Assembly: GCA_013239625.1 (NCBI GenBank)
Contig: MU053754.1
Span: 248,001 to 312,000 of the forward strand
Direction: 5' to 3'
DNA length: 64,000 nucleotides
Source: Lama guanicoe
Lineage: Eukaryota
The translations under genes and the position numbers were made by a program. The notes below the pieces were generated by a model. The model saw only the letters and a list, made by a program, of their open reading frames with translations. It was not told where the DNA came from and ran no database searches. The first letter of the stretch is position 1. Each line of letters begins with the position of its first letter. Shown piece after piece: positions 38,198 through 52,420 of the stretch.

Positions 38198-38744
38198 TCT
38201 AAGGAACACTAGGAAAGAAGGTGGTATGAACTGAGGAACATAAGCTGTGTTTTGAGAAGGTACCCCTTCCAGGTGAGACCACTGCATGGGAAGAATTGGG
38301 GCCACCTGACAGTGTTTCACAGGATGCGTGCATGTCAAGAGCCTCAGGCTGGTTGATTCGGGTGCTGCTCTTCCTGCCCCATGGGGCCCCGCTCTCACAG
38401 AGCAGCCCCATCATCTTCCAGTCATCTCTGCAGTCCTGCCTCCTGATTGCCCGCCCGGGTCCTGATTTCCAGCATAACCTGTCCTGCGGCTGCAGAAGCG
38501 TCTTCCTTCCAACTTTCCTGGAGCTCTCCTGGCTTTCGCCGCAGACTGTGAATGGAGAATTAGCCACCCTGAGCTTCTCGTGCTCTTTCTGCAAGGCTTC
38601 TGACGTGGTTGAACGCAGCTGCTCCACCAAGCAATCTGCCAATTATCGCTGGTCTCTGTTCCAATTAAGGGCAGAAGCCACGTGATCTCCCAAAGCCTCA
38701 TCTTCCCCCAACCCCGCAACTGATAGCACTTCTCTGCAGATGAG

Positions 38745-39228
38745 TGTTACCAAAGGCAAGTTCGTGCAGGACGCACAGTGAGGCCAGGCAGACCAGAATG
38801 TCGGAGTTTGCAGCAGAGAAGGCTTTATTTCAGGGCCGAGCACGGAGGACGGGGTGGTTCAGGCTCAAGAAAGCCATGAACTTCCTGAAGGGTTTCGGCA
38901 AAGTATATTTAAAGGCCAGGTAAGGGACGGGGTGGGGGGGCGCAGGGTAGGTGGTCAGCTCCCGCACAATCCTCTGATTAGCTGGTGTTGAGGCAGTGAG
39001 GCGGTCAACACTGTCAACCCCCAGGCTACAGAAGGTCTGGGGGCCTCGCTCTGGTTGTAGTTAATTTCTTCCCTTCATGGTGATTTTTAGCATCTGAAAA
39101 ACTCAGGAAATACGCGTGAGATAGCATTATGTGGATATTTCCGAGCGGAGCTACAGCAGAAGACATGGGGGAGGGGAGGTCTGTCCCAGGAAGGCCCCCC
39201 ACCCACACCAGGGTCCTGCTCGGTTACA
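38745..39228 (-). mobile_element. ERV1-class solo LTR
   Basis: TGTTAC...GGTTACA termini, TTTATT (antisense polyA signal) near 38824, TSD tgag/agag. Confidence 0.85.
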
Positions 39229-41780
39229 AGAGTGTTTGTCATTGTGAAGCCGCTGCCTGGGCAGTGTAAACAGCACCCTGTCTTCCCACCGGCCAGAGTC
39301 CCTCCTCCTTCACAGAGGTGGACAGTCCAAATCCTGCATCGTCTCCTTCGGAGGACGTCGGCTTTTCAGTCCAAGAAAGGGCCTGGGTTCCCTGGAGGGC
39401 AGCGCCTGAGGCCGACCTTGTGGACGGATGCTTCACGGGGCAGATGAAGCACACGGAAGCTGAGTGAGAGTTGGTGTCTTACAGAACTGGTCGCGGCGAG
39501 GCTGGAAAACCCACCGGCTGCTCAGGTAGACGGGACTTGTCTGAAGAGGAAGCGTGAGACCAGCAGAAGTCCCCGCAGGAGAGTGCAAGTACTGTTTGTG
39601 CATCCCATGGGAGCAGCCCCACAGGATATGAGTATTCTCAGCTGCCGTGGTGGTAAGTCCCATTTCACTACGCTGCGTGCTTTCTTTCAGAAGCATTTGG
39701 TCCTCGATGCTACTGGAAATGCATTCGAGGCTTATTACCATACTTGCTGCCTTACAGAAGCTGCCTGGACAGGGCCAGGGTGATAGTAGGCAGTGCCAAG
39801 GTTTACGAGTCTTGCAGGAGGCCACGTGATGAGAAATCTCTAACAGGGTTGCCCGTGTTCCCAAACCTAGTCCTCTGTCACTCCTCCTCACTGGTGGCCG
39901 GCAAAGGTGGACAATCCCAGCGGTATGACTGCCTGCCCGCTGGGACCCAGAAAAGTAAAGCTGCTGTTCCAGCAGCTGGGCTTGGATTTTGTCAGGCATG
40001 TCCGAAAGCAGAGTTCAGCTCAGGGAGGTGGTTGCCTCAACTGCATGGGAGGTTGCGTTCCAGGCCCAACAGGAAACAGCATCCATTGGCAACAGGGACC
40101 AGCGTCTCTGCACCAAGGACTTTATGACAGTGGAGGGCGGTCAGCTTCACAGATTTTTGTGAAGGAAGAGAGCGTTCCCTCCTGATTTAAGCCGTTTCTC
40201 TTTCTTCTTTGACTGAAATGTAAAAGGCAGTCGATCGTTTCCACCTGGCCTACCTCTGTCCCCCGTCAAATCAATTTTTTTTTAATTAGCAATTATGTAG
40301 ACAGGAGGACTGTAGCCTGTTCACTCAGAAAATGCGATATACCTTGACTTTATAAAGTCTCATCGCATAAGTCTTGGGAGATGGAGATGGTTTGATTTCA
40401 TCATTATGCTTTCTGTGACGTCATTGTAGTATTGCCTAGCTGTGGAAATGTCTGTGGGTCATTTTGAATTTGTCCATTCATGTTGTGTGTGTCAGACACC
40501 GTGCTAGGTGTGAGGGATACAGGAATGAGTTAAAAACACTGAAGACTTCCTTCTTGGACTTTTTTTCATCTTCATTTCGACTTTAGCTTCCTTTCAAATA
40601 ATTCCTTTGAGAACCTAACAGTATTATGATTTTTGTTGAAGCTAAGTAAATTTCCCTTCAGTTGTCGCCCAGGGTCCACACCCGACTTAACGGGTTATTT
40701 CTCAAATTCAGTCAAAACAGTAGTCTTGAAAGCCAGCTCTAAGTGAGTACTTAGCTTCTAAAGGAGATTGCTTTGGATTACCCGTCAGTTTCTCTCCATT
40801 GATCTGTTCTCTGGTCTCTGCTCATATTAATTATTTTGCTTTGATTACAGAATCAAATAGAAACTTCTTTGATATCTTTAAAATAAAAATGCAGTTAAGA
40901 ACCACAGAGTTTTTTTTTTCCCCCATACAGAATATTTTATGTTTTAGTCTAAGAACATTTTTTACAAAGTCATTCACTGAGTTGGCCAACCACTGATGCT
41001 GCTCTGCATTAATCTCACCTTCGCTGGTCTGGAGCCTCACACTGGATTTCTTTTCCAACCTGTTCTCCAAATGTGAGACTCTGTTTCATAACGAAGTGTT
41101 GAATTAAGCTGCTCAGCAATCACCTCATTGTTCTCTTAATTTTATTTCCTAAGATTCAGTGCCACTTCTATCTTCTTGTCTTGGCCAAGGACCAAAAGTA
41201 AGTTAATCGTTTTGATTTTTATCTTGGGTCTAATTAGGGGGAAAAGTCAACATACAGCGTTTGTTAATATACTCGGCCATATAGAGAAGTCTATTCCCGG
41301 GAGCTTTCTGATGAAATTACGTGAGATACATACTTTTGTACATGAATTTGAAATATTAGGAAGAGAACGCTGGCTGACTTCATCCTTTCTAAAATCCTTC
41401 CTGTGGTATTCTCTACTTACAGTCAAAATGTCATCTTTCAAATAATTTTTTACACCTAAACTAATGTTATTTTTAATGATATACATATCTATGTGTGTAA
41501 ACACAGCCACACTCCCCTTCACCCACATCCACATAGTTACAGAAATACATTAACTATGGGCTTTGGAAGCATATAGCTATTAAAAAAATAGATGTTTAGA
41601 GAATCCAGTGACACCGTGCACATTTCTTACGGTGTCTTGTTGGCATTTTCTGCCCCCGAGGTCCATGTCTTAAAAACAACTTTTAGACTCCCCATGGCTT
41701 ACCCAATCCTTAGGAAATAAATCATTCTTGAATGTAAATGTCAGTACTTGCTTCACTTAAAGGTTGCCTTGTAGTTAAAA

Positions 41781-41990
41781 TTTATATATATATAAATATA
41801 TATATATATAAATATATATATAAATGTCATGTGTATACAGTATATATAATAATATACATAATAACTAATGAATGTTGGTATAATATGTATCACAACTAAT
41901 TGTGTCTTTATAGATTATGTAGACTGCAAATATGATATATAATAGTGTATATGATGAGTAATGTATATCAGTAGATAATGTATATTACAG
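41781..41990. repeat. AT-rich low-complexity tract, degenerate (TA)n
   Basis: tttatatatatataaatatatatatatataaatatatatataaat followed by TA-rich decay. Confidence 0.8.
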
Positions 41991-42595
41991 TTCATGTTAC
42001 CCATGTATCTACACATCTGTCTTTATAAAAATCTTCCAGTCTTATCTTTTCTACAAAGTCTTAGGGAGAATTGCCACTTACGATTGGAGCACCTGTTACT
42101 CTGAAGTCAGCTGAAATAGCTTTTCTTCAACAACCGGGGGGGTGGGGTGGGGGGAAGACTAGGCTGAGATCCCATATACAGCAAAATTTTGCATAATCAA
42201 AGAAAGCAGAAAATCCTTGCAAAAAGCCAGACATCAGTTAAGCTTTCAGCATCTGATAGATAATAGAAGGAAGCCTATTCCAGCCCATAGGGTGATTAGG
42301 AGATCTAAGAAATCCTGCTGGCAGAAGTTGAGCAGTGCCCTTAATCATCTCCCCGTAGGAGAGGAGACGGGGCGGAGGATTAAAGGGTCATTCCCCAAGC
42401 ATCCAGAGCTTCTGAAGCGCCTAGTTTAATTAAAAGGTGAAGCAACTGTTCACGCAGTTGTCCAGAAGTTCACAAGTTAACACACTGGGTTGAAGCCGTG
42501 TTCCTGTTAATCATGGGAGAAAATGACAGGGTTTTTCTTTGGAAAATCTTGGCAGGGAAGCAGATTCTTAAATTTAGAGAAATCGAGTGAAATTT

Positions 42596-42724
42596 GTGGT
42601 GATGGAGATTACCTATACTTACTGTGGCGATCCTTTTATCATATATACACACATCACATCATTCTGTTGTGCACCTGAAGTGCATGTAATCTCACGTGTC
42701 AGTTAGATTTCAATATTGAAAAAA
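42596..42724 (+). mobile_element. Short L1 3' end
   Basis: gtggtgatggagatt...ttgtgcacctgaagtgcatgtaat...tttcaatattgaaaaaaaa. Degenerate TSD aaatcgagtgaaattt / aaatcaggtcaaattt. Confidence 0.7.
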
Positions 42725-43747
42725 AATCAGGTCAAATTTAATTTTTTTAAGTTGTGGATAAAAGAATGTTGATGAAAGATTCCAGTTTCAAATGCACTTC
42801 AGGATAATTAATGAAATACAATCGTAAATTTTAAAACATTGTTTAGCAAAATATTCTTGCAAGCACATGACCTTGACTTCTCTGTGATTATTGTCTAAAC
42901 ATATCTGTTGATTAAGGTCTTGCTTGTGAAGTCCTTGTCTGGTTCATTGAGAAGGGTGTTAACTTTTCTGTTCCCATGTGGTAACTGGAAATTGTGTTGT
43001 CTCTCTCCCACGCCTTTTCCTTCCTTCTTTCCTCCAATATTTATTTAATAAGCGACCATGTATCATAACACATTCTAAAATTTGAAAGGAGAAAATTGAT
43101 GAAGCCACAAAATATATCTTTATGAAATATTATGCTCCCCCGCCCACCCCCCCCGCTCCGGACAGAACTTTACCTGTAATGTGAGGAAGACTGCTGTGAA
43201 AGACACCTGGGGCACGAAGAGCAGTTGAAATTACGCTTTGGGGACTCAGTTTAAAGGGTCAGAAGTTACGTTTTCAGAGTGACTATTCGTGACTGGGGTT
43301 GAACACTTTTTCCCTACGAAGGGCAGATGGAGCTCTGGGATGCTCGCTTCATGTCTGAGGATTTGCTGTGCTGGGGTGGGGCTGGGTGGCCGCTTTTGGG
43401 TAGACTTTCGCTGTACGAGACGTGGCCTGCTGAGTGTTTTTGTGAACCTCTCCCTGTGGTGGGACTTTGGGTGCTAAGCGTGGCAAGACGTCTTGCTCTG
43501 CTTTCTGAGCCAGGTACCGTCTTCCAGGCTGAGGCGGGCACATTCCGATCCGTCAGCCAGCCCGGGGGGTGTTGAAGCCTTAGCTGGACTTCCCTTCCCC
43601 AGCGGTGTCTGTCCAGCTGTGGCCAGTCCCTTCCTCTCCAGGCCTTTGTGTCTTCGCTTAGCAGAAATCTCCCGACAGGAAGAGGGTACAGCCCTTGCCC
43701 ACCGAGGAGAAGCTTGACCTCTGCTGGAGTTTAGATTCTTGGTGGTG

Positions 43748-44389
43748 TTTTTTTTTTTTAATTGAAGTATAGATGATTTATAATATTATACTAGTTTCAG
43801 GTGTACAGCGTGATGTTTCAGTATTCTTATAGATTACGGGCCATTACAATTTATTCCAAAATAATGGCTCTAATTCCCTGTGCTGTGCAATATACCTTTG
43901 TTGCTTGTCTAATTTATACGTAGTAGTTTGTGGTTCTTAATCCTCTACCCCTATTTTGCCATGTCCTCCCTTCCCTCTCCCCACTGGTAAATACTAGTTT
44001 GTTCTCTATATCTGTGTGTCTGTTTCTGTTTTGCTGTATACGTTTGTTTATTTTTTAGATTCCATATATCTACATATAAAAGTGGTAACATACAGTCTTT
44101 CTCTGACTTATTTCACTAAGCATAATATTCTCTAGATCCGTCCACGTTGGTGCAAATTTCAGCATTTCACTCTTTTTTATGGCTGACTGATACTCCATCG
44201 TGTGTGTATATATGCACCGTATCTTCTTTATCCATTTGTCTGTTGATGGATACTTGTGTTGCTTCTGTATCTTATTTATTATAAATGATGTCACTATGAA
44301 CATCAGGGCTGCAGGTATCTTTTCAAATCATTTTGTGTTTCTGTTTTCCTGGATATATACCCAGGAGTGGAACTGCTGGATCATACGGT
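43748..44389 (-). mobile_element. 5'-truncated L1
   Basis: Poly-T followed by aattgaagtatagatg. The minus-strand ORF 44070..44303 contains PTWTDLENIMLSEISQ. Confidence 0.92.
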
Positions 44390-44789
44390 CGTGCTGTTGA
44401 TGACGTAGCTTGAAAGTAAAATCAGTTTTACTGCGGTGAACACAAAACATCTTCATTGTAGATTCCATTCTTCTCTGCTCCCCGAGTGGAGACATGACCC
44501 ACTCTCTAAACCATGCCCCTCATGGAAGTGTTTCCCTTTGTTCAAAAGACACCAACTTTGCTAAAACTATCTTTGTCAAGTAACTCTGTGCAGCAGAGTC
44601 CTCACAAGCAGGAAGAAAGCCATTCTTGGCAGGACCAGGGACAGTTAACTCAGGTTGGTTTCTGTGTCTCGCTCAGTTTTGAAGTTGAAGTCGATGACAG
44701 CATTGTCCTCACGCCCTCTTGGCAGGCGCGATATAGCACTTGCTGTGAGAGTAGCCCTGTTCTGGTCAGTCCTGCACTGTGATCCCTCA

Positions 44790-44895
44790 GAGTACAGAAG
44801 ACTTACGACCCAGAGAGATGAAGTGCGTTTCTCAAGCCCACGGTCGTCACGTGGCAAAGCCACAGTCGAACCGAAGAGCCTGTGAGTCCGCTCCT
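44790..44895 (-). mobile_element. MIR SINE fragment
   Basis: gacccagagagatgaagtgcgtttctcaagcccac...gtggcaaagccacagtcgaacc matches the antisense MIR core. Confidence 0.55.
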
Positions 44896-45723
44896 CATAG
44901 TCCTAACTGCTGATTTTATTTTCATGATCTCTCACTGGATACGAGGTGAATGCCTTTGTCGTTAAAGAAAGAAATGTCTAGAACACAGCGTCAGTGAGAC
45001 TGTGAACAGCAGAGCTCTAACCGCCGCTCTGGTGGTTTTATGAAAGACAGTGCTGCGTGGAATTTAGACCCGACACGACCCCTCATTAGTGAGATAATAA
45101 GCACTAATGCATGGAAAAGTGTCTCACGAGAGTGCAAACAGAAGCCTTCAGCTCCTCATCTCAGTGAGGAAGCCCGGGCTTCGTGGACTTAAACTGCTCA
45201 GCGATGCATGACGCAGGCTTTGCTTGGGGCGGTCGTCCTTATGTTCGGTGCATTTTCAAACGGAAAGGTACAGTTCACACAGACACATTGGGAAGTTGAG
45301 GTGGAAGTGGATCTTCTTTTATTTTAGAATATTAAAATGAAATACATCTTAGGTTGTAACTGCCACAATCAATTAATTTGAGGAGAATCATCCTTTAGTG
45401 ATTTGATGAGCCCCGTTGATGGCGGGGAACTAAGGCTGCTCGCCAGAGACCCCGCGCTTTCCTACCACGTTCAGCGTGGAAGCAGGAATCCCGCTCTTGG
45501 CGAGATGCTGCGGCCTGTGTCTTTGGGGGCAGCGGGAGCGTGTGAGAGGGGGATACGTGCAACGACTTGTAGAGATGTTTTGTAATCAGCTACATTTTTT
45601 AGATTTGGACTTTAAACAAAACAGTGGGAGCTATTCTGGTCCAGAAGGAACAGACAGTAACCCACTTCTTTAACCCAAGTGCCCCAGAATCCAAACAAGC
45701 CAAAGGACATGGTTTCTCCCTAC

Positions 45724-46398
45724 TGTTACCTGAAAACTGGGTTCACCTCTTGGTGGGAGTCCGGCCAGAACACACAACCAAGCCAAAGAGTGGGAGAAGG
45801 AAGGTTTATTTCTTCCAGCAAGTAAGGACAACACTGGGGATCTTTCCCAAAGCAGTGTCCCCCAGAACAGCAAAATTGGGGAAGTTTTAAGTGAAGGGTC
45901 CATGTATGTCCAGGAAGGGACCTGGGCATTGAATGCATGCTCATGCAGGGGCTTGAGCAGAGAAGAATTTGGCATAAAAGTGTGTAGAGTCTAAGCTTTA
46001 GTTAATTGAAACCACGAAGGTCAGAAAAGGTTAACGTCATTGTCCCTCTGGTTCTGACCAGTCTGGGTCTCAGTGTGAAGTCACCATCCTCCGCCTGGGT
46101 GGGGGCCCTGGAGCCTGCAGAGCGCAGGGATCTGTGTCCGGCTGTTGTGTAGATCCCCTGAGGGGGAACCAGCGCTTGGTTGTGGAGCTGAACTCTTGTC
46201 TGCCTGCTTTCCCTTTGTTCTGGCATTCCCCCACTTCCCTTAAGACCACGAGTTACTGAGACCTGTTCAAGGGCAAGCCTTGTGGCCAAGCTTTGATCAC
46301 AAACTGGCTTAGGCCCAGCGTGGCTTCTCTTAGGTCAGGAAAGCTATGCCTGGTTCCCTGGTTCTCTTTCTCCGGGGAACCCCTACCCTGCCTGCTTG
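45724..46398 (-). mobile_element. ERV1-class solo LTR
   Basis: Starts TGTTACC, TTTATT near 45805, perfect 4-bp TSD ctac/ctac. Confidence 0.85.
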
Positions 46399-46689
46399 CT
46401 ACTGCCAAAGCCCAAAGTACACATTCAGAGCCGATGACCTGAGTGTCAGCTGCACATAGGAGTTCTGTGCTCACCGGGGGAATGTGTGTGATGTGCTCAG
46501 GTGCCATTCTCCGTGCAGTACACAGCCCGAGCCAGACCCTGAGAAACTTCCCCCGTGGAATTCAGTTCCTCAGTTCCTTGTTCTTTATTTCTCCACCACC
46601 AGCAAAATCTAAGGAATATACTCATCTGCTGTTGCTGTTTGTTTTTCGGGAACAAATAGAACATCTAGAAAGGAGAGGTGCACGATTTG

Positions 46690-47134
46690 TGTCAATTGAG
46701 AAAGAAAAGCTTGCAACCTGAAAGCAGAGAGTTATGCCTTATTTGGTGGCCTTACTGAGGGTTGTAGCTGGAGAGGCAGCCTCTCGGGTAGCTCTGAGGA
46801 ACTGTTGCAGAGACGTCAGGGAGGAGCTAGGATATATGGGAATTTCTGCCAGGAAACGAAAAGAAAAGCAAAAAACATACAGGTGAACATCAAGAGATTA
46901 CTGCTAATTGTAAAAACAGCAGACATCTCAAGTTAATGATTGTAGTGCTTTTCTACGTGTGGGAAGATGCAAGAGTCTGGGGTCACTGACACGGTTCCTT
47001 TGACGTGCACCGTAGCTCTCTGGGGCCAGTGTCCTGTTTTTCTCCATCCTGAATCCCTTGGTGCAGGGGCTGATGGCCGGATGGCCACAGCATCCTTTGT
47101 GTAGTGAAATGGCAGGTGACATCCTTTGTCCACG
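46690..47134 (-). mobile_element. ERV1-class solo LTR
   Basis: TGTCAATTGA start, cttatt, cagcctctcgggtagctctgaggaactg and tgggaagatgcaagagtctggggtcactga. Possible TSD tttg/tgtg. Confidence 0.75.
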
Positions 47135-49119
47135 TGTGACTAAGATGAGACTGGACCCAGCCCTTGCATCCTGATGGTATGAGGGGCTTTCCAATCTCAG
47201 ACGTTTCCAGTCTCCTCCATGGATGGGAATCCTGCTCACCTTCCCTTGCATTTGGCAAGATCTCCTTTCTCACCAGGAGTGGCATCTCTCTGTCGTTAAA
47301 ATACACAGAAGTGTGACAAAAGCGTGTTATGTGGACGTCATCTTTTTTCCTCCTGGAATCTGTCCAGATTTTCAGCGCACACCTATGAAAAAGGAGCCTG
47401 AGCTTATGCTAAGAACCGGCCAGTTTCACCAACAAAACCACCCTGGTGTTTCCATCACGGCTTCTTCAACTTTCTGTCTGCTTTTAATTTTGAGGTTTGT
47501 TTTTATATAGACTTTATTTTCTAGGAAAAATTGAGCAGAAAGTACACAGAGTTCCCATACAAACCCCAGGTTTGATTTTAATGATGGTAGAATCTTTTAT
47601 TGTCCTCTAGGAAAAATAACGTTGAAAAGAAAGACTCTAACCCTGTTTTGCAAAAGGATAGAAGAGTGGCCATCAGATGATGGCTGATACTTGGCTGCCT
47701 GGAGCGGGTTTTATCCCCCTCAGGCAGGAACTTTGTCCCCCCAGGGAGTCTTTTCTTTGTCCCAATTTACCACTAGGTTGGATGTTTTCATCATCACGGT
47801 TTCCCTAGAGTGTCTCTTCCTCCCTCTATCAGGTCTGGGGTTTGCAGACCTTTTATCACCCCGGAGCGGTTTCCTACAAATGGATGGAACCACCTGTAAT
47901 ATCAAGTTATTGTCATTAAACCTAGTCTGTTCTCATGGCAGGAGTTATTACGTCTTGCAAAGAGAGACTTCGCAGACACATAAGTCATCGAAGCCGAAAC
48001 AAAAGAGCAAATAAACCACTTGGTCTGGGGATTGGAGGGTGGGGAGAGGTAGCATTCAACAGGGGAAGCTTTTCAAACTCCGACCATGAGCTTTGAACTC
48101 CACAACTTGCAGCATCTTTATGTCCTGACTGATCCCAGCCTGCTTTGAAAATTGTTTTATTTCCTACCATTCAGAGCCTGCTAGTCCATTTCCATGAGGA
48201 ATTCATCAATTGTGCGTCATCTTTCTGCATGTGCTTTTGAGTGGCTTGTATAGGTCTTGAAGACTTGCCAAGCCCAGGGTCATTAGCAAGACACAAGTTC
48301 CCCTTAGAAAGGGAGCTGCAGACACAGAATGACAGTGGTGCACATTTGAACCTGGAGGCAGTGTGGGGAACCTTCCCCCGTAAAAGCAGGCCTCTGGGCT
48401 CAGGATCATCAGCCACACAGTGAGCAAAGTACGGACACAGGTCTCCACCTGGGGAAGAAAAATGATCGTACCTGCAGAAGTGGTTTACAACCGACAGTGC
48501 TGTTCTTCAGGGTCAGGCGAAACAAAGATGCCTTTCACCTGCCCCGGCTCGCATCCTAATCCACTCTTTGTCAGTCCGTGTCCAGCCGTCTCCCCCCCTG
48601 CATTTGAGTTATCCCTAAAGCCGTGGCTGAGTCGTTCTGGAAGAAGCAATTTTATGACAGAGACATTGTCCGAGCAGAAACCCCGGTCCCTGGGAATTCT
48701 CCTATGGTAGTTACGAAAGTTCACGGTGACATGAGATGAAATCATGGAGACTTACAACTATGGAGCCAATGAAACAGGCGGTGATTCTAGGGGAAATGCA
48801 CGTCTTCCCGTTTGGGTCTCTCTTCCTATTAAAAATGGCATCATTGACTCAGCTGGGGAATGTATGGTGCAGCGAGGATTCCACTGGTTCCGTGTCCTCC
48901 TCCTGTCCCTCGTAATTACTTTTCTTTGTGGTTGTTGCCACCCGTGGTTCATAAATCATCATGTACAGGGAAGCAGTTGCCTCGTCACACAGCACTTCCG
49001 ATGGATGGAGACATCGTGTCTGCTGTCCCACATAAACCACTGTCCTCTTAGCAATATACGTGAGTAAAACGCTGAACGTAGGAGAAAAATGCTGCCTCCA
49101 GGCCTCATCAAGATTCAAG

Positions 49120-49400
49120 TCCAAGGTTCAGGAAGCTCCTTCTGTAAGGATCTGATTGTAAATTTTTTGAGGGTTTGCTGGCCGGGAAGCCTCATGCCGT
49201 GTTTCTGTGGGTGAAAGCAGACAGTACAGAAGTGAATGGAGGGCTGGCTGTGTTCAGGGGGCACAGGACGGGGCTGGCCGGATGTGCTCCCCCGCTCTGA
49301 CCCCCGGGTAGAAACTAAATGTCCCTTCAGGAGCCACTCCCGAACGTGGGCAGTGGCCGTCTGGAAGGCCGCGCACGGGGGCTGAGTCACAGCCAGCTAG
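49120..49400. mobile_element. MER58-like hAT MITE, GC-rich and decayed
   Basis: tctgtaaggatctgattgtaaattttttgagggtttgctggcc at the left end, with a GC-rich right end. Confidence 0.45.
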
Positions 49401-51293
49401 ATGAAAGCCAGTGATGACGTCTTCCGCGGCGGCCTTGGTGCTGGCTTAGGTGTCCCTACAATAACACAGATCAGGCCTTGCAGTTACTGATCCCATTCTA
49501 CAGGCCGAGAAGCTGAGGCAAAGCGACTCGGAGTCGTGTTTTCAAAATCTCACCGGTGAGAGGTGGATGTCTGTGTGGACATGGCTGAGCTTGGGCGGGA
49601 ATGTCCGCCAAGACGCTCGATGGTGCCCAGTGAGCAGGGTGCACACAGAGGTCTGCCTCTCCCCTCTAGCCTCTCCTTCGGAATTGTTTTTCCATCTCAT
49701 TTGGTAATGTTTATCTTCCAACCACATCTGTGTACATTCACACATAAATGTGTGTGTATGCACACACGTGTCTGTGTATGTCTGTGTGTGTGTGTGTCTG
49801 TATGGCATGTATTTACAGGCAGCATTCTCTAGTCACTCCCATGTGTGGCCTAACCACTAAATTGTATTAATTCAGCATCGTTGTGATTAAGGTAGCCTTG
49901 GATATTTAAACAGCCTTAGACTGTGGAAGTAGGTATTAAAGCTGTTAAATGTTTGACCTTTATAGTCCCTTAATGCGATTGCTCTGAACCAGTTTCAGGA
50001 GGAAATTTTGAGCAGGCAGCCACAGATGCACAGATGGGCATGTACCGTCACCCAAACTTCATACCTGGAGAAAAGTCGTAAGTTGTAACTCAGGGGGTCA
50101 AAAATGTGTTGAGGCTTACAGGCTCCATGAACTCTTAGTAAAATGATTCTACAGGAAAATTCCTCCATACACCACTAAATAGGTGTGATTTTGGTACCTC
50201 TCCTGTATCTTTTCCTTTTTTTCCATTTTTTACTATGTTTATGTATCTGGGTATGTATTTATCCCTGTCTTTCAATCATCTCTCCACTCATTGCCTTATT
50301 TTAATAAAATGCTATAAACATAATGCATGCATACATAGGCTCCTGTTTTCCCTCTGAATATTTTGTCACAAATACTGCCCTGTGTGGCTGAAAATTCCTC
50401 ATATGGTCATGATTTTTAATTTTCAGGTTTTGTCCAGAACTTGTTGGCTATGAATTTTTTGTTCATTTTGAAAAATTACGTGATCAGGATTTTGGTATCA
50501 TAATCAAAGCCACAAAGGTTTATTTAATATCAGGCTCAAACAGTGTGTCGGTTATCCTACTTGTTTGTGTTATGTTGAAGGGGAAAAATCAGCTGGTAAC
50601 GTTTAGCAGTCATGGAGTAAGTTAAGGGAATTTCTCCACGTTTCCAGCCAAGAGTGTTTTGCCGCTGTGTTATGGTTTAAAAGGTTATACAAGTGTTTAT
50701 CGGCTGTTAACCTCTTCAGCTGTGTTTTGCCATCTTTGGGGCCATCCTCTGTGCATCGCGCCTGGAATTGACGTATATTTGTTCAGAACAGAATGCCATT
50801 CAATTGGGCATCCTGGCTTGAAATGGAACAAGGTGGGAAAGGGTTCTGTGTTCTAGCAGTGGATTAGCACATTATGTCCTGGGGGAACACTGTGTTCAAA
50901 AGATTTGACAGATCGTGATCAATGAAGACAAAGATTATTTTCAGTGGTGAGTGGCTTAACCGTGTTGCTCAGTCTGCCATGGCCTACACACTGATTTGGG
51001 TGCTAAAAATAAGACAAAATTAAAACACACCAGGTCAAGAGATCCCTTTAGAGTCTGAGTCTAGAGAAAGTTGACGTGGAAGTTAACATATTTCTTTATT
51101 GCACTCATGCATATGTGTGCATGTAACACATGCACATACACCTGGCAATGTATTATCTATTAATGTCTCTGCCTAACACAAGCATGACAAGGACCTTTGA
51201 TGGTGCATGGTTGTGTTCTCATCCAAGCTCCCCTCAGCCATTTACAGAGACATTGATGAAGTTTTACTACCAGAGATGTGGCGTTGCACCAGT

Positions 51294-51800
51294 TGGGAAG
51301 GAAGAAATAGTCCTCTACCTTTTTAGGTCGTCCTGGCTGGTTTAAGAATTAAACTGACATGACTCGGATTAGCAGGAGAAAAACATGAAACAAAAGCTGA
51401 ATGATACGTAAACGTGGGTGAGACTCAGAGAAAAGAAAATGACCCAAACCCTCAGCTTAAAAACCATCTTAAGCTAAGGACAAAAGAGGATATTGGAGTA
51501 GTGGTTTGGGACTTCAAAGGGGAGGAAGGCAGTTCGCAGGGAGATGGAAAAGCTAGTGTTTGGTATATAGGTGGTGCTGTGTGAGGCAGACAGTGGGATG
51601 CGTGGTGGACTCCGATCCCTGGGCCCTGCTGAGTTTCCCCCACCACACCTGGGGACACCTCTCTTCTTGGAACAGGCCCTCTATCTAAATTATTTTAATT
51701 AGCTAAGGGAGTTGTCTTCCTGACTGGTTGTTTTCAGTTCAGAATAACCCGCATGCCAAAGAGACGTTGTATGGGGGGTGGCGAGTCTTACTCCCCTTCC
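51294..51800 (-). mobile_element. ERV1-class solo LTR (MER34/MER39-type U5)
   Basis: cctctacctttttaggtc...aattaaactgacatgactcggattagcaggagaaaaac, with TSD cagt/cagt. Confidence 0.8.
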
Positions 51801-52239
51801 CAGTCTTGGTGATTGTCCCTGTCTAGAATAAACAAATCTAAAAGGTCTGAAAATCGTGGCCAGAAAACTTGGGGAAATCTGGAGAAAGTCATACCTTCCT
51901 CAGAAAGTATGGGAAACGAGGAGACAAATCTTCACTATCAAAACGCCAGCTTTTGCGTTTCTCCTAGTACATCATCACTTGGGCTCCCACACCCTGCCCC
52001 CCTTCCCTTCCCCTTTAAGCAGCAGTCAGGGATCCCAGCTGGAAATAAAAAAGGGAAATCAGCCCCAGGCTTTTATTTTCCTGCAGGAAAAGGTTTTAAA
52101 TTAGGAGACAGGAGTAGAATGTAAAAATACGCGTGACATTTACATATGAAGCGGAAGACTTGGAAGAGTGGTGGGTAGTTTGTGATTTTAGCACATTTTT
52201 CTCCTCCGACCCCTCAGTTTAGTCCCCTTGGGGCAAGAG

Positions 52240-52420
52240 CAGAGTGTCTGGCCATGAATCCTGCCTGCTTGGGCAATACAATTTCCTCAGCTCTCCAGTG
52301 CAGATGGTGACAGACCTCATTTCACTTTGTCAATTGCTGGGAGGATTAAATAAATTAACCCTGATAAAGTGCCTAGAAGGCAGCGTGGTCGCGGTAAGCA
52401 CTGGACAGGTGTCATCTGTT
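52240..52420 (+). mobile_element. MIR SINE
   Basis: cttgggcaatacaatttcctcagctctccagtgcagatgg...gaggattaaataaattaacc...aaagtgcctagaag. Confidence 0.6.

Noticed and set aside
39433..39999. Longest ORF (188 aa) and other long ORFs (28712-29263, 31579-32127, 55992-56513, 15999-16439, 38199-38642)
   Set aside because: No recognisable domain. Many start at non-ATG codons, several lie inside LTRs, and such lengths are expected in GC-rich non-coding DNA.
43341..43350. tgctcgcttc, matching the start of U6 snRNA
   Set aside because: The match is only 10 nt and does not continue.
44791..44881. Exon-like segment bounded by ccctcag and gtgagt
   Set aside because: It lies in a MIR relic with a weak pyrimidine tract, and nothing else supports exonisation.
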